NCBI GenBank assembly: GCA_007124045.1
Contig: SLFX01000088.1
Span: forward strand, 1-46,374
Source of the DNA: Candidatus Delongbacteria bacterium
GTDB lineage: Bacteria > UBA4055
Direction: 5' to 3'
DNA length: 46,374 nt
Below, in pieces: positions 9,591 to 19,536 of the stretch. The stretch's first letter is position 1. Each line of letters starts with the position of its first letter. Below the pieces are notes generated by a model that saw nothing but the letters and a program-made list of their open reading frames with translations, made no database searches and had not been told where the DNA came from. The translations under genes were made by a program, and so were the position numbers.

Positions 9591-11033
9591 ATGGCTGAAA
9601 AACTTATTTTCGAAATATCGCGCGAGGGTAAAAGATCTTTTACCATGCCGTGCTGGGAGGAAGGCTGTACTATTGTTGACCTTGAAGAAAAATATTTGAG
9701 GAAGGACCCTATAGGGCTGGCTCAGGTGAGTGAACCTGAAATTGTAAGACATTATGTCAATATGTCAACTCATAATCACCATGTAGATAAAGGCTTTTAT
9801 CCGCTGGGCAGCTGCACCATGAAGTACAATCCCAAAATAAACGAAAAACTCGCTGCTTTGGAAGGTTTTTCAGAAATACACCCGTATCAGCCCGAAGATT
9901 CTATACAGGGGGTTCTAAAAATATACCACGATCTGGCAGACATGCTCTGCAGGATATCGGGATTTGACAAAGTCTCGCTTCAGCCTGTAGCCGGTGCTCA
10001 CGGAGAGTGGACCGGACTAAAAGTTATCAGAGCTTATCATGAATCAAATGGAAACCCGAGAAAGAAAGTTATTATACCCGATACGGCACACGGAACTAAT
10101 CCGGCTTCGATCATAATGGCCGGTTATGATGTCGTTGAGCTAAAATCAAATGCAGAAGGGCTTGTTGATATTGATGACTTAAAAGAGAAATTCGATGAAG
10201 AAACAGCGGCCTTTATGATCACCAACCCTAATACACTTGGTCTTTTTGAAAAAAACTCTAAACAAATATCCGAAATAGTCCATTCCAAAGGCGGTCTTCT
10301 GTATATGGACGGAGCAAATTTCAATGCACTTCTGGGAATTGTGCGACCCGCAGATCTCGGATTTGATGTGATGCACTACAACCTGCACAAGACCTTCTCG
10401 ACGCCGCACGGCGGCGGCGGACCTGGTTCGGGACCGATCGGAGTGGTTGAAAAGCTGGCAAAATTCCTGCCGGTGCCCGAGGTTGTTGAGGAAAACGGAA
10501 AATTCCGTCTGGACTACGACAGGCCGGAAAGCATAGGGAAAGTACACTCATTCTACGGAAATTTTCTCGTATTGGTAAGAGCCTATGTCTATATGAAGAT
10601 ACTCGGCTCAGACGGGCTGCATAATGTGTCGGAGAACGCGATCATAAACGCGAACTATGTTAAAAAGATGCTCGAGGATACTTTCGATCTTCCATACAAG
10701 CAGCACTGCATGCATGAGGTGGTTTTCAGCGGCGAGAATCTGTCAAAATACGGAGTAAAGACCCTTGATATAGCAAAAAGGCTTCTTGATTTCGGAATAC
10801 ACGCTCCTACAATATACTTCCCGCTTCTTGTTCACGAGGCAATGATGATAGAGCCGACCGAGACCGAAAGTAAAGAGACTCTCGATAATTTTATATCGGT
10901 CATGAAAACAATTGCCGAAGAAGCTGAAACCAATGCTGAAGTGCTGAAAAATGCGCCGATGAAGACACCGGTCAGAAGGCTCGACGAAGTTCTTGCGGCC
11001 AAGAACCTCGATATAAGATACGAAAAGAAGTAA
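9591..11033 (+). CDS. gcvPB: Glycine dehydrogenase (decarboxylating) subunit 2
   Basis: YPLGSCTMKYNP, AGAHGE, AHGTNPAS, PLP-lysine motif NLHKTFSTPHGGGGPG, and MIEPTETESK. Confidence 0.97.
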   Translation: MAEKLIFEISREGKRSFTMPCWEEGCTIVDLEEKYLRKDPIGLAQVSEPEIVRHYVNMSTHNHHVDKGFYPLGSCTMKYNPKINEKLAALEGFSEIHPYQPEDSIQGVLKIYHDLADMLCRISGFDKVSLQPVAGAHGEWTGLKVIRAYHESNGNPRKKVIIPDTAHGTNPASIIMAGYDVVELKSNAEGLVDIDDLKEKFDEETAAFMITNPNTLGLFEKNSKQISEIVHSKGGLLYMDGANFNALLGIVRPADLGFDVMHYNLHKTFSTPHGGGGPGSGPIGVVEKLAKFLPVPEVVEENGKFRLDYDRPESIGKVHSFYGNFLVLVRAYVYMKILGSDGLHNVSENAIINANYVKKMLEDTFDLPYKQHCMHEVVFSGENLSKYGVKTLDIAKRLLDFGIHAPTIYFPLLVHEAMMIEPTETESKETLDNFISVMKTIAEEAETNAEVLKNAPMKTPVRRLDEVLAAKNLDIRYEKK

Positions 11034-13882
11034 TGGAAGCTTTACTAAAGGATCTTAAGCTCAGCGGATTTATCGTATTCGATCTTGAAACTACAGGAAC
11101 AGACTGTCATACAGACAGAATAATTGAGCTTGCAGCAGTAAAATATATTGACGGCAGGATCGTTTCCGAGTTCGTGCATCTTATAGATCCAGAAATACCT
11201 ATTCCGGAATACATTACGGTCTTAACAGGGATATCCGACAGTGATGTCAGGGGGAAGCCGAAAATACAGGATGTACTTCCCGAATTCTTAAGATTCGCAA
11301 AAGACCTTCCGATTGTCGGGCACAATGTCGGATTTGACATCGGATTTTTAAACGCTAAGCTTTCGGAGCTTGATGAACTTCTTTTGCCGGGAACGGACTG
11401 TTTTTACGATACTCTGCTTTTAAGCCAGATCTTTTTTCCTGTTGAAGTTCCCAACCATCAGCTTTCAACACTGACAGAATATTTCGGGTTCGAATCAGAC
11501 AATCTTCACAGGGCGTACAACGACTGCGCGGCGACCGGACATTTATTTTTAAAGATAATTGAAAAAGCTTCTTCATGCTCGGAAACCACGGTCAGAAAAC
11601 TTGTCGGTCTGTCAGGTAAATCAGAGCTTGTATATGTTAAGAAGTTTTTGAACGATCTCGGGAACTATTATCTCAGGACTTCATTCGGCAGGAAAATAAA
11701 GGATAAAGAACCTCCGCTTTCTTCATACAATGTGCTTGAGCAGGCATATCCGCCTTCTGAGGACGAGCTTTATGAACTTTCAAAAGAGACCATAACCGAC
11801 ATCATATTCAAAGAAGGCGGAGCGGTAAGTAAAAAAATAAAGACTTATGAGTACCGGGAAGAGCAGCATATAATGGCAAAAAAATGCGCCGAAGCTTTTG
11901 CCGGAGATAAAATACTCATATGCGAAGCTGGAACAGGCGTCGGAAAGTCTTATGCCTATCTTGTCCCCTCCATAATCCATGCGCTTCTAACAAAAGAAAG
12001 AGTTATGGTATCCACAAATACCAAAAACCTTCAGGAGCAGATTTTTTTCAAAGACCTTCCTGTTCTTCACGATCTTTTCAAATCGTCTTTCAAAGCAGTG
12101 CTTCTTAAAGGAAGGAATAATTACCTGTGCAGGCTCAGATACGAAAAGATACTTAACCGTCCCGAGGACTACCTTTCCGAAGATGAATATGAAAAATTTC
12201 TCCCGCTCATTTACTGGGCTGAAAGAACAACAACCGGAGACATTGAGGAGAATAACGGTTTTAAAATGGGGTTTTCCAGATTTCTCTGGAACAAGCTCAA
12301 GTCGGACAAAGGTTTCTGTCCGGGGAAAAAATGCTCCCGTCACAGTAAATGTTATCTTCAGAATATCAGAAAAAGTGCTTTTAAATCAAATCTTGTGATC
12401 ATAAATCATTCTCTTCTGTTTTCAGATATTGCTTCGGAGAACGCAGTTTTGGGAAAATACTGTCATCTGGTTATAGACGAGGCGCATAATGTAGAAAGTT
12501 CCGCCACTAAATATCTCGGTTTTGAGTTCAATTATTTTATGATAAAGGGCCTGCTTCAGAGGATAAACAATAATGAAAGGCAGGGAGTGAATGTAAGGAT
12601 AAAGAGAAGCCTTCCGTATTTTAAGACAGATAAGCAGACTATAGAAGATCTGAACGATCAGCTTATGGAAAAGGCCGTGAATGCCCATGATCAGACAAAA
12701 AAGATATTTGACCTTGCCACAGACATGCTTTTATCTAAAGTTAATTCGGCAGCAGAATTTTTGAATATAAAGAACAGATACAGGGATGTTTCGGAAGTAT
12801 TCGCTTTTGAGAATGAGAATAATACGCTTAAATTACTTTATGAAGAACTTTTCTCCATACTCAGGAGACTCGAGATCATTTTGAATATGGAAGCGGAAAA
12901 AAATCATGAATTTGATGATCTTGTATCTGAAATTAAATCTGTTTCCGAGCAGACTGAAGCGGTTACTATCTCTTATGATATGTTTCTCAATTCGAACAGG
13001 GAAAATTATGTTTTCTGGTATGAGTTAACAGCGAAGCAGGGCAGGGAGAATATTTATCTATATGCGGCACCTTTGAATGTTTCCGAGCTTTTGAAGAGAG
13101 ATCTTTACGATAATATGCAGAGTATGATATTTACGAGTGCCACACTGACGATCGAGTCAAGATTCAAATACATGCTCAAAAAGCTCGGACTTGACGAATA
13201 CGAAGAGGACAGGCTTGAAACCCTCATGCTCGGTACTCCTTTCGACATGAAATCCCAGCTCGAAATTATTGCACCAAGATATATTGCCACGCCCAAAAAC
13301 GGTATTGTTTTTGAATCGGATATGACCGAGATACTGAAATATCTTTGCGATGAACATGACAACGGGACCCTCGTCCTCTTTACCAGCTATGCGCAGATGA
13401 ACAACATATACCACGCGGTAAAATCCCATTTCATAAGAAAGGACAGGATACTGGCTCTTCAGAACAGGGAAACAAGCAGGACAAACCTCATTAAACAGTT
13501 CAGATCGGTAAGAAATTCCTTTCTGCTCGGAACAGACAGCTTCTGGGAAGGGGTAGATGTACAGGGCGAAGCCCTCCATACTCTTGTTATAGGTAAGCTT
13601 CCTTTCGCAGTTCCTACAGAGCCGGTAATAGCTGCAAGAATTGAAGAACTTGAAAAGAACGGTATAAATTCATTCATGGGATACTCTGTTCCGGAGGCGA
13701 TCTTAAAGCTAAAGCAGGGTATAGGCAGGCTTATCAGGCACAGGAATGATACAGGGGTAATACTGATCCTGGACAGCAGAGTAGTGAACACAAGATACGG
13801 AATGGCGTTTATAAATTCATTGCCGGTCGAACCGAAGATACCTTCAAATTTTGCCGATCTGAAAAGATTGTTGTTGAATTAG
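11033..13882 (+). CDS. dinG: DEDDh (DnaQ-like) exonuclease fused to DinG-family Fe-S helicase
   Basis: FDLETTG, HNVGFD and HRAYND exonuclease motifs. EAGTGVGKS, KGRNNYLC, Fe-S Cys cluster, IDEAHN, FWEGVD and QGIGRLIR helicase motifs. Confidence 0.93.
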   Translation: MEALLKDLKLSGFIVFDLETTGTDCHTDRIIELAAVKYIDGRIVSEFVHLIDPEIPIPEYITVLTGISDSDVRGKPKIQDVLPEFLRFAKDLPIVGHNVGFDIGFLNAKLSELDELLLPGTDCFYDTLLLSQIFFPVEVPNHQLSTLTEYFGFESDNLHRAYNDCAATGHLFLKIIEKASSCSETTVRKLVGLSGKSELVYVKKFLNDLGNYYLRTSFGRKIKDKEPPLSSYNVLEQAYPPSEDELYELSKETITDIIFKEGGAVSKKIKTYEYREEQHIMAKKCAEAFAGDKILICEAGTGVGKSYAYLVPSIIHALLTKERVMVSTNTKNLQEQIFFKDLPVLHDLFKSSFKAVLLKGRNNYLCRLRYEKILNRPEDYLSEDEYEKFLPLIYWAERTTTGDIEENNGFKMGFSRFLWNKLKSDKGFCPGKKCSRHSKCYLQNIRKSAFKSNLVIINHSLLFSDIASENAVLGKYCHLVIDEAHNVESSATKYLGFEFNYFMIKGLLQRINNNERQGVNVRIKRSLPYFKTDKQTIEDLNDQLMEKAVNAHDQTKKIFDLATDMLLSKVNSAAEFLNIKNRYRDVSEVFAFENENNTLKLLYEELFSILRRLEIILNMEAEKNHEFDDLVSEIKSVSEQTEAVTISYDMFLNSNRENYVFWYELTAKQGRENIYLYAAPLNVSELLKRDLYDNMQSMIFTSATLTIESRFKYMLKKLGLDEYEEDRLETLMLGTPFDMKSQLEIIAPRYIATPKNGIVFESDMTEILKYLCDEHDNGTLVLFTSYAQMNNIYHAVKSHFIRKDRILALQNRETSRTNLIKQFRSVRNSFLLGTDSFWEGVDVQGEALHTLVIGKLPFAVPTEPVIAARIEELEKNGINSFMGYSVPEAILKLKQGIGRLIRHRNDTGVILILDSRVVNTRYGMAFINSLPVEPKIPSNFADLKRLLLN

Positions 13883-13935
13883 CGGCATTTATTTCTTACT
13901 ATTAAGTACTTAAAAAATTAATTTAGGGAAATGCG

Positions 13936-15045
13936 ATGCTTTACTATCTGTCGTTTCTGTCAAAAGATTACCCGTTTTTATCATTTCTCAGGCTTTTTGA
14001 TTCGATTGCATTCAGATCTATAGGCGCGATGATCACGGCACTGTTTATTTCTCTCATTTTCGGAAACTCTATCATAAAGTGGCTCTATAAAAAGGGTATG
14101 AGGGATGTTGTAAGGGATTATTCTGATCTTAGTTCAAAAGGCAAAAAAGGAACGCCGGTCATGGGCGGGATAATAATAATTCTGTCACTTGTGGTCTCTA
14201 TCCTTTTATGGACAGATCTGACATCTGTTTTTTCGCTGGTGCCTCTTGCCGCAATAATCTGGTACGGTATGATCGGAGCCAAGGACGATCTTGACAAGAT
14301 CAGACACAAGCACAGCGACAGAGGTATGAGTCAGCTCACAAAGATAGTTCTTCAGGGGCTTTTTGCGGCCGGACTTGCATGGATTCTGACAAACAGCTCA
14401 TATACTCCTTTTCCCGAAGGTATCGTGTCAAAGATCACCGTTCCTTATCTCAAAGGCAATTTCTCTGTTGATCTTGGTGGATTTTATATATTTTTTGTAA
14501 TAATCACAATGCTTTCAATATCGAATGCTGTCAATTTTGCCGACGGACTCGACGGACTTGTAACAGTACCCTCCATAGTCACGGGCGGAGTGTACGGAGT
14601 ATTCGCCTATCTTATCGGTAACGCTGTTTATTCAAGGTATCTTCTGCTCAATTTTGTGCCCGGAACAGGAGAATTGACGATAATTATGGCTGCTTTGTTT
14701 GGAGCGGGACTCGGATTTTTGTGGTATAACTGTTATCCGGCCTCAATATTTATGGGAGATACAGGCTCGATGGCAATAGGAGGTCTTCTCGGCGTAACTG
14801 TACTGCTTGTAAAGCAGGAACTGCTTTTCGTAGTGGCCGGCGGTATCTTCGTCGCGGAGGCGTTTTCCGTTCTTATTCAGGAAAAGATAGGCATCAGATG
14901 GCTGGGCAGGAGGATATTTTTCAGAGCACCGATACACCATACTTTTCAGTTCCGGGGAATGTCGGAGCCGAAGATCGTTCAGAGATTCTGGATAGTCAGT
15001 ATAATTCTCGCACTTGTAAGTATATCTTCGATCAAGATCAGATAG
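13936..15045 (+). CDS. mraY: Phospho-N-acetylmuramoyl-pentapeptide transferase
   Basis: KKGTPVMGG, KDD, NAVNFADGLDGL, FMGDTGS, APIHH, and multiple TM segments. Confidence 0.96.
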   Translation: MLYYLSFLSKDYPFLSFLRLFDSIAFRSIGAMITALFISLIFGNSIIKWLYKKGMRDVVRDYSDLSSKGKKGTPVMGGIIIILSLVVSILLWTDLTSVFSLVPLAAIIWYGMIGAKDDLDKIRHKHSDRGMSQLTKIVLQGLFAAGLAWILTNSSYTPFPEGIVSKITVPYLKGNFSVDLGGFYIFFVIITMLSISNAVNFADGLDGLVTVPSIVTGGVYGVFAYLIGNAVYSRYLLLNFVPGTGELTIIMAALFGAGLGFLWYNCYPASIFMGDTGSMAIGGLLGVTVLLVKQELLFVVAGGIFVAEAFSVLIQEKIGIRWLGRRIFFRAPIHHTFQFRGMSEPKIVQRFWIVSIILALVSISSIKIR

Positions 15046-15048
15046 ATT

Positions 15049-16002
15049 TTAAAAAACCGTTACCATCCAGTAAACGAAAGGCAGGGTAAATATGCTGAGC
15101 ATCGTGGTCAGAAAGAAATTCTTTGCTGCAAGATCGGCATCTGAATTGAAATTTCCCGCCATAATTACTATTGTGGCCATACACGGTGTCGCTGCCTGAA
15201 GTACGGTTACCGCTCTTGCCACGGGATCCATACTGAATCCCGTCATACGGAGCAAAAGATCGATCACGATGATCAGCACAGCGGGCATCAGGATCATTTT
15301 TGTGAATGTCAGCACATATATCGACAGTTCTTTCAAAGTACCTCTTATGCTTACTCTGCTCAGCGTGATGCCGATATAGATCATTGACAGGTAGAGGGTC
15401 GTTCCCCCCAGGCCGGTCATGGCGCTGTCGAGGATAACAGGCAGCTTCAGCCGGACAAGAAATCCGGTTATTCCGAGCGCGAATGCAACAGTGTTGGGAT
15501 TCAGAAGGTGCATGAGGTTGTGCCCGAGGCTGACGCTTTTGCCTTTGTTGAATATCATTACGCCGAGAGACCAGAGCAGTGACTCCAGCGCGATATGATA
15601 TATGACGGCATAGAACAGTCCTTTGCCGCCCGGAAAAAGCGAATCGAGAAGCGGATAGCCAAGAAAAGCTATGTTTCCGAAAGTCGTGTGCATTTTATGA
15701 ACGGTATATGAGCCGTTTTTAAGTTTCATGAGCTTTCCGGTCACAGTTCCGGCGCCGAGAAGCATAAACATCGAAATATATGCGAATACGAATACCAGGA
15801 ACGAACTTCTGAGCACTTCTGCGGAGTACTCAAATTTTGAAAGAGATGTAAATATCATCAAAGGCAGGGTGATCTTCATTACAAGCTTGTTCAGTCCGAG
15901 ATGAAAACCATCCGGGAAAAGCTTGAACCTCTGAGCAGTAAATCCCGTCATCGCGAGAAGACCGAGTATTGATATCTGCCTGATAATTATTTCGTTCTGC
16001 AT
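15049..16002 (-). CDS. AEC (auxin efflux carrier) family transporter
   Basis: About 10 TM helices with ITLPLMIF, FGNIAFLGYP, NPNTVA and QAATP. Confidence 0.9.
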   Translation of the reverse strand: MQNEIIIRQISILGLLAMTGFTAQRFKLFPDGFHLGLNKLVMKITLPLMIFTSLSKFEYSAEVLRSSFLVFVFAYISMFMLLGAGTVTGKLMKLKNGSYTVHKMHTTFGNIAFLGYPLLDSLFPGGKGLFYAVIYHIALESLLWSLGVMIFNKGKSVSLGHNLMHLLNPNTVAFALGITGFLVRLKLPVILDSAMTGLGGTTLYLSMIYIGITLSRVSIRGTLKELSIYVLTFTKMILMPAVLIIVIDLLLRMTGFSMDPVARAVTVLQAATPCMATIVIMAGNFNSDADLAAKNFFLTTMLSIFTLPFVYWMVTVF

Positions 16003-16006
16003 CTGT

Positions 16007-16930
16007 TCATTCCCAGATCTTTACTTCGAACAAACCGTCGGAGTCGGCGCTTCCGCGGTACATGCCCTTTGAGTTGTAGGGGCATGAGGTGTTGCCTTCA
16101 GAATCGACCGCGATCAGGCCGCCCGTGTCGGGTTTTAAAATTTCCCGAACGAATTTTTCACAGGCCCGGTCAAGAGAGAGTTTTGCGTATTTCATGAGCG
16201 CGTGTATCTCGTATGCGGCCACGGTGCGTATGAACTCCTCGCCGGTTCCTGTGCAGGAAACTGCGCAGGTCGCGTTATCGGCGAAAGTGCCCGCGCCTAT
16301 CAGGGGAGTATCGCCTATGCGGCCGTAATTTTTGTTCGTCATTCCGCCTGTAGATGTTGCGGCCGCAATGTTGCCGAAACGGTCTTTCGCAACACAGCCG
16401 ACAGTTCCTTTAGCCGAGCCGGTCAGGTCTGACGAGTGGTCGAGCGCGGTCGTGTTCCTTTCTTTAAGTTTAAGCCACTGATCGTATCTTTTTTGCGTAA
16501 AGAAGTACGAGTTCCTCACGAATTTTATTCCGTGCTCTTTGGCGAACTCTTCGGCGCCTTTTCCGCACAGCAGGATATGGGAGCTGTTCTCCATTACGAT
16601 CCTTGCGAGGCTGACCGGGTTCTTTATCCGGGTAACGCAGGTAACGGCGCCGCACGACCTGTCCCTTCCGTCCATGACGGCCGCGTCAAGTTCGTTCTTA
16701 CCTTCGCTGTTGAACACAGCCCCCTTACCGGCATTGAACAGAGGACTGTTCTCGAATTCATTGACCACCAGCTCAACAGTATCAAGAGCAGCTCTCCCGG
16801 ATGCGAGGAGGTCATGTCCGTACCTTAATATGCCGTCAAGAGCATTAAGATAGATCAGTTTGTCTTTTTCAGGCACGGTTTTGGGTATCGCGCCCGCTCC
16901 GCCGTGTATAGCTATGGAAAATTTTTTCAA
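16007..16930 (-). CDS. iaaA: Isoaspartyl peptidase / plant-type L-asparaginase (Ntn hydrolase)
   Basis: IAIHGGAG, FNAGKG, autocleavage site GTVGCVA, ATSTGG, GRIGDTP and TGTGE. TTG start preceded by GGAG. Confidence 0.93.
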   Translation of the reverse strand: MKKFSIAIHGGAGAIPKTVPEKDKLIYLNALDGILRYGHDLLASGRAALDTVELVVNEFENSPLFNAGKGAVFNSEGKNELDAAVMDGRDRSCGAVTCVTRIKNPVSLARIVMENSSHILLCGKGAEEFAKEHGIKFVRNSYFFTQKRYDQWLKLKERNTTALDHSSDLTGSAKGTVGCVAKDRFGNIAAATSTGGMTNKNYGRIGDTPLIGAGTFADNATCAVSCTGTGEEFIRTVAAYEIHALMKYAKLSLDRACEKFVREILKPDTGGLIAVDSEGNTSCPYNSKGMYRGSADSDGLFEVKIWE

Positions 16931-17004
16931 AACAGACTCCTTCAGCTTTAAAACATAGGTAAATATAAGAATAAAAATCGCAAAACAGAACTGAAATTTT
17001 TAAG

Positions 17005-17034
17005 TTTGACTTTGGCCGTCAAAAAAGCTAAATT
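17005..17034 (+). promoter_or_regulatory. Sigma70 promoter of the ATP-cone nuclease-WYL operon, overlapped by palindrome TTTGAC-N7-GTCAAA
   Basis: TTGACT at 17006-17011, 17 nt, TAAATT at 17029-17034. Inverted repeat at 17005-17010 / 17018-17023. Confidence 0.6.
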
Positions 17035-17066
17035 ATCGTAAATGTAAAGATCAGAGGCGGTCAGGT

Positions 17067-17933
17067 ATGGAAGAGGTTAACGGGGCTGTGGCGGAAAAAC
17101 AGCCGCTTGTCAGAAAAGCTACGGGCGAAAAAGAGCCTTTTAACGCGGCGAAACTCGAAAAATCGCTTTTCAATGCGGGCGCGAACGACAGGACGGTAAA
17201 AGAGATCACGGAAGAGATCAGCGAGTGGATCTTCGACGGCGTGACTACGAAAAAGATATATGCCAGAGCGTTCGCGCTTCTGAGGAGCAAAAAATCATCC
17301 GCCGCGCCGAGATACAGGCTAAAGCAGGCTATACTGGAAATGGGCCCTTCAGGCTATCCTTTCGAGCATTTAGTCGGCGAGATATTCAAAAAGCGCGGCT
17401 ATAAGGTCGAAGTCGGAGCCAATGCAGATGGGGACTGCGTCACGCACGAGATGGATGTGATAGCGACCAAAGAAAACCGGCAGCATCTGATCGAATGTAA
17501 ATTCGGGCAGGACCAGGGCAAATATGTAAGCGTTCAGGTGCCTCTTTATGTCAGATCAAGAGTTGACGATATAGTCAGTAAAAGAAAGAACATGCCGGAA
17601 TACGAAGGAACAGAATTTACAGGATGGGTGGTTTCCAGCACACGCTTCTCCCACGATGCCGTCACCTACGGAACATGCGCAGGGCTCAAAATGCTTGGCT
17701 GGGACTATCCCGCGGGCGAAGGCCTCAAGGACATCATCGAAAAGGAAAATATCATTCCCGTCACCCTGCTCTCAAAGCTCAATAAGGAAGAGAAAAGGAT
17801 CATTATGGAAAAAGGTATCGTAACCTGCCGGGCGCTTCTTAACGAAACGGATATCCTCGACACTTTTGAAATAAGCCAAAGAAAGAAAGAGCACATAATC
17901 AAAGAAGCCAGAAAACTCACCGGAGGTTTGTAA
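17067..17933 (+). CDS. ATP-cone domain fused to Mrr-like PD-(D/E)xK restriction endonuclease
   Basis: N-terminal VRKATGEKEPFNAAKLEKSL (ATP cone). GYPFEHLVGEIF and HEMDVIA...LIECKF nuclease motif. Confidence 0.85.
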   Translation: MEEVNGAVAEKQPLVRKATGEKEPFNAAKLEKSLFNAGANDRTVKEITEEISEWIFDGVTTKKIYARAFALLRSKKSSAAPRYRLKQAILEMGPSGYPFEHLVGEIFKKRGYKVEVGANADGDCVTHEMDVIATKENRQHLIECKFGQDQGKYVSVQVPLYVRSRVDDIVSKRKNMPEYEGTEFTGWVVSSTRFSHDAVTYGTCAGLKMLGWDYPAGEGLKDIIEKENIIPVTLLSKLNKEEKRIIMEKGIVTCRALLNETDILDTFEISQRKKEHIIKEARKLTGGL

Positions 17934-18973
17934 TGCCGACTGAAAAATACACCATAGAAAGAGTTCTGTCCGCGCTTGAGGAACTAACATCAAGAGGCTT
18001 TATCAGCAAGGATGACTTTATAAAACAGTGCGGTATAAGCGAAAGGACATTCTCGAGATTTATAGGCGATCTGAAGATATATCTTTCCGTCAAATACGAC
18101 AGGGAAATGGACAGATATGTCATAGACAGGACGAAAAAGGAAGCAAGAACGGAGATGCTCGAATACTACAAAAAGCTTCTTGCAAAAGACGATTTCGTTT
18201 TCTTTTACGCGTTCGTCAGGAGCATGATCAGCAGTCAGTATTTCTTTCCCGCTTTCGCCACAAAGCACATAGGGTCATCTCAGCCCAGAGATTTCGGAAG
18301 CGTACTTCAGATACTCGAAGAACTAACCGACCGCAGGCACAAAAAACTCTATAAAAATATCGAATACTACATAACCGGGCACTATCATCTCGGCAGCAGG
18401 CCGCATTATAAGGAATTGTGCGAAAGAATAATCAACAGCATGCAGACGGAAAACCTGATGGAATTTACATATTTCAGGAACAGGGTGAAGGTACAGCCGC
18501 TTAAGATAGTTTATTATAACGGAAAATGGTATATGATCGGGCTATATCTTGATTCCGACAAAAAGAGGGGCGACGACTACAATACCGTCAGAATTTATAA
18601 GGCAGCGCATATAAAAAGATCCGTGCTGCTCAGAAAAGAATACTATACCGACGACATACCCGAATACAGCTTTAACGAAAGTTTCGGGCTCTATATGGAC
18701 GAGGATGTAAAACGGGCGGTCATAAACATATACGGAACCGCAGCCGATGACGCAACAGAACTCGTCTGGCACAAAAATCAGTTCACCACCGTCGAAAGAG
18801 ATGTTGACGGGAACAAATATGTCCAGATCAGGATAGATTACCCCGAAAAAGGCGGCGTCGAACTCATATCAAGAGCACTCTCATTCGGAACTTGCGCAGA
18901 AATAGTCTCGCCTCCCGATCTCAGAAAGAAATGGCAGAACAAGATCAAAGAGATGTGCGGGAAGTTTTTGTAA
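17933..18973 (+). CDS. HTH-WYL-WCX transcriptional regulator (PafB/DriD-like architecture)
   Basis: N-terminal wHTH GISERTFSRFIGDL, WYL core VQPLKIVYYNGKWYMIG...RIYK, and WCX tail WHKNQ...ALSFGTCAEIVSPPDLR. TAATG overlap with the upstream gene. Confidence 0.9.
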   Translation: MPTEKYTIERVLSALEELTSRGFISKDDFIKQCGISERTFSRFIGDLKIYLSVKYDREMDRYVIDRTKKEARTEMLEYYKKLLAKDDFVFFYAFVRSMISSQYFFPAFATKHIGSSQPRDFGSVLQILEELTDRRHKKLYKNIEYYITGHYHLGSRPHYKELCERIINSMQTENLMEFTYFRNRVKVQPLKIVYYNGKWYMIGLYLDSDKKRGDDYNTVRIYKAAHIKRSVLLRKEYYTDDIPEYSFNESFGLYMDEDVKRAVINIYGTAADDATELVWHKNQFTTVERDVDGNKYVQIRIDYPEKGGVELISRALSFGTCAEIVSPPDLRKKWQNKIKEMCGKFL

Positions 18974-18990
18974 AGATAACAGATTAAACT

Positions 18991-19039
18991 AAATATTTTT
19001 CCTCTCCGCCATTATGTGGCGATACCGCTATATTATATT
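18991..19039 (+). promoter_or_regulatory. Island promoter element copy 1: AT tract + CGCCATTATGTGGCG + TATATT
   Basis: Palindrome at 19007-19021 and -10-like TATATT at 19034-19039, 13 nt after TGGC. Precedes GTG 19080. Confidence 0.75.
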
Positions 19040-19079
19040 TCCTCTGTTCAGGTCATTCTAACCAAAAAAGGAGGAAGAA

Positions 19080-19514
19080 GTGGAGAAACAGATCGGCTTT
19101 CGCATGTCAGTAATAAATAAAGACTTTTCGGACAGTACTTCGCTGTTCGTTTATTGCCTTGATCCGGGGCTGAATGAAGGCCGGGTGCCGGATAAGACAT
19201 TAGAGCTTTTGAAAAAGAAAGGCTTTGCGAGGCTCTATCAGATATTTTTGTTTTCGCAGAATAATGAAATGTCGGAACTTTCGGATGAGAGGCTGAAAAT
19301 ATGGCTGGGCGGGATCAGGAAAATATTCATAAACATCGGAGATCCGGGTACTGAAAGGCGGCAGGAGGTGAGAGAAAGGATCGAATATGAGAAAAACAGG
19401 ATCAGAAAGATCGCGCCCGATGTAAAGTTTTACCGTTTTGGAGAGCTGACCGGATCGGGATTCTCAAAAAAGCTCATTGAAATAGACGAAAATGATAAGA
19501 TCTATGAAATATAA
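19080..19514 (+). CDS. Hypothetical protein, possibly divergent DUF1643 family
   Basis: AGGAGG RBS and GTG start. LFVYCLDPG / LYQIFLFS / INIGDPG / FGELTGSG follow the order of DUF1643 motifs (LNPS, NLFA, AWG, LTKxG) but are degenerate. Confidence 0.6.
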   Translation: MEKQIGFRMSVINKDFSDSTSLFVYCLDPGLNEGRVPDKTLELLKKKGFARLYQIFLFSQNNEMSELSDERLKIWLGGIRKIFINIGDPGTERRQEVRERIEYEKNRIRKIAPDVKFYRFGELTGSGFSKKLIEIDENDKIYEI

Positions 19515-19536
19515 AATAAAGAAAGGAGAAAAAACT

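Noticed and set aside
13902-13913. Perfect palindrome TTAAGTACTTAA before mraY
   Set aside because: Single short AT-rich palindrome with no second copy, so plausible by chance.
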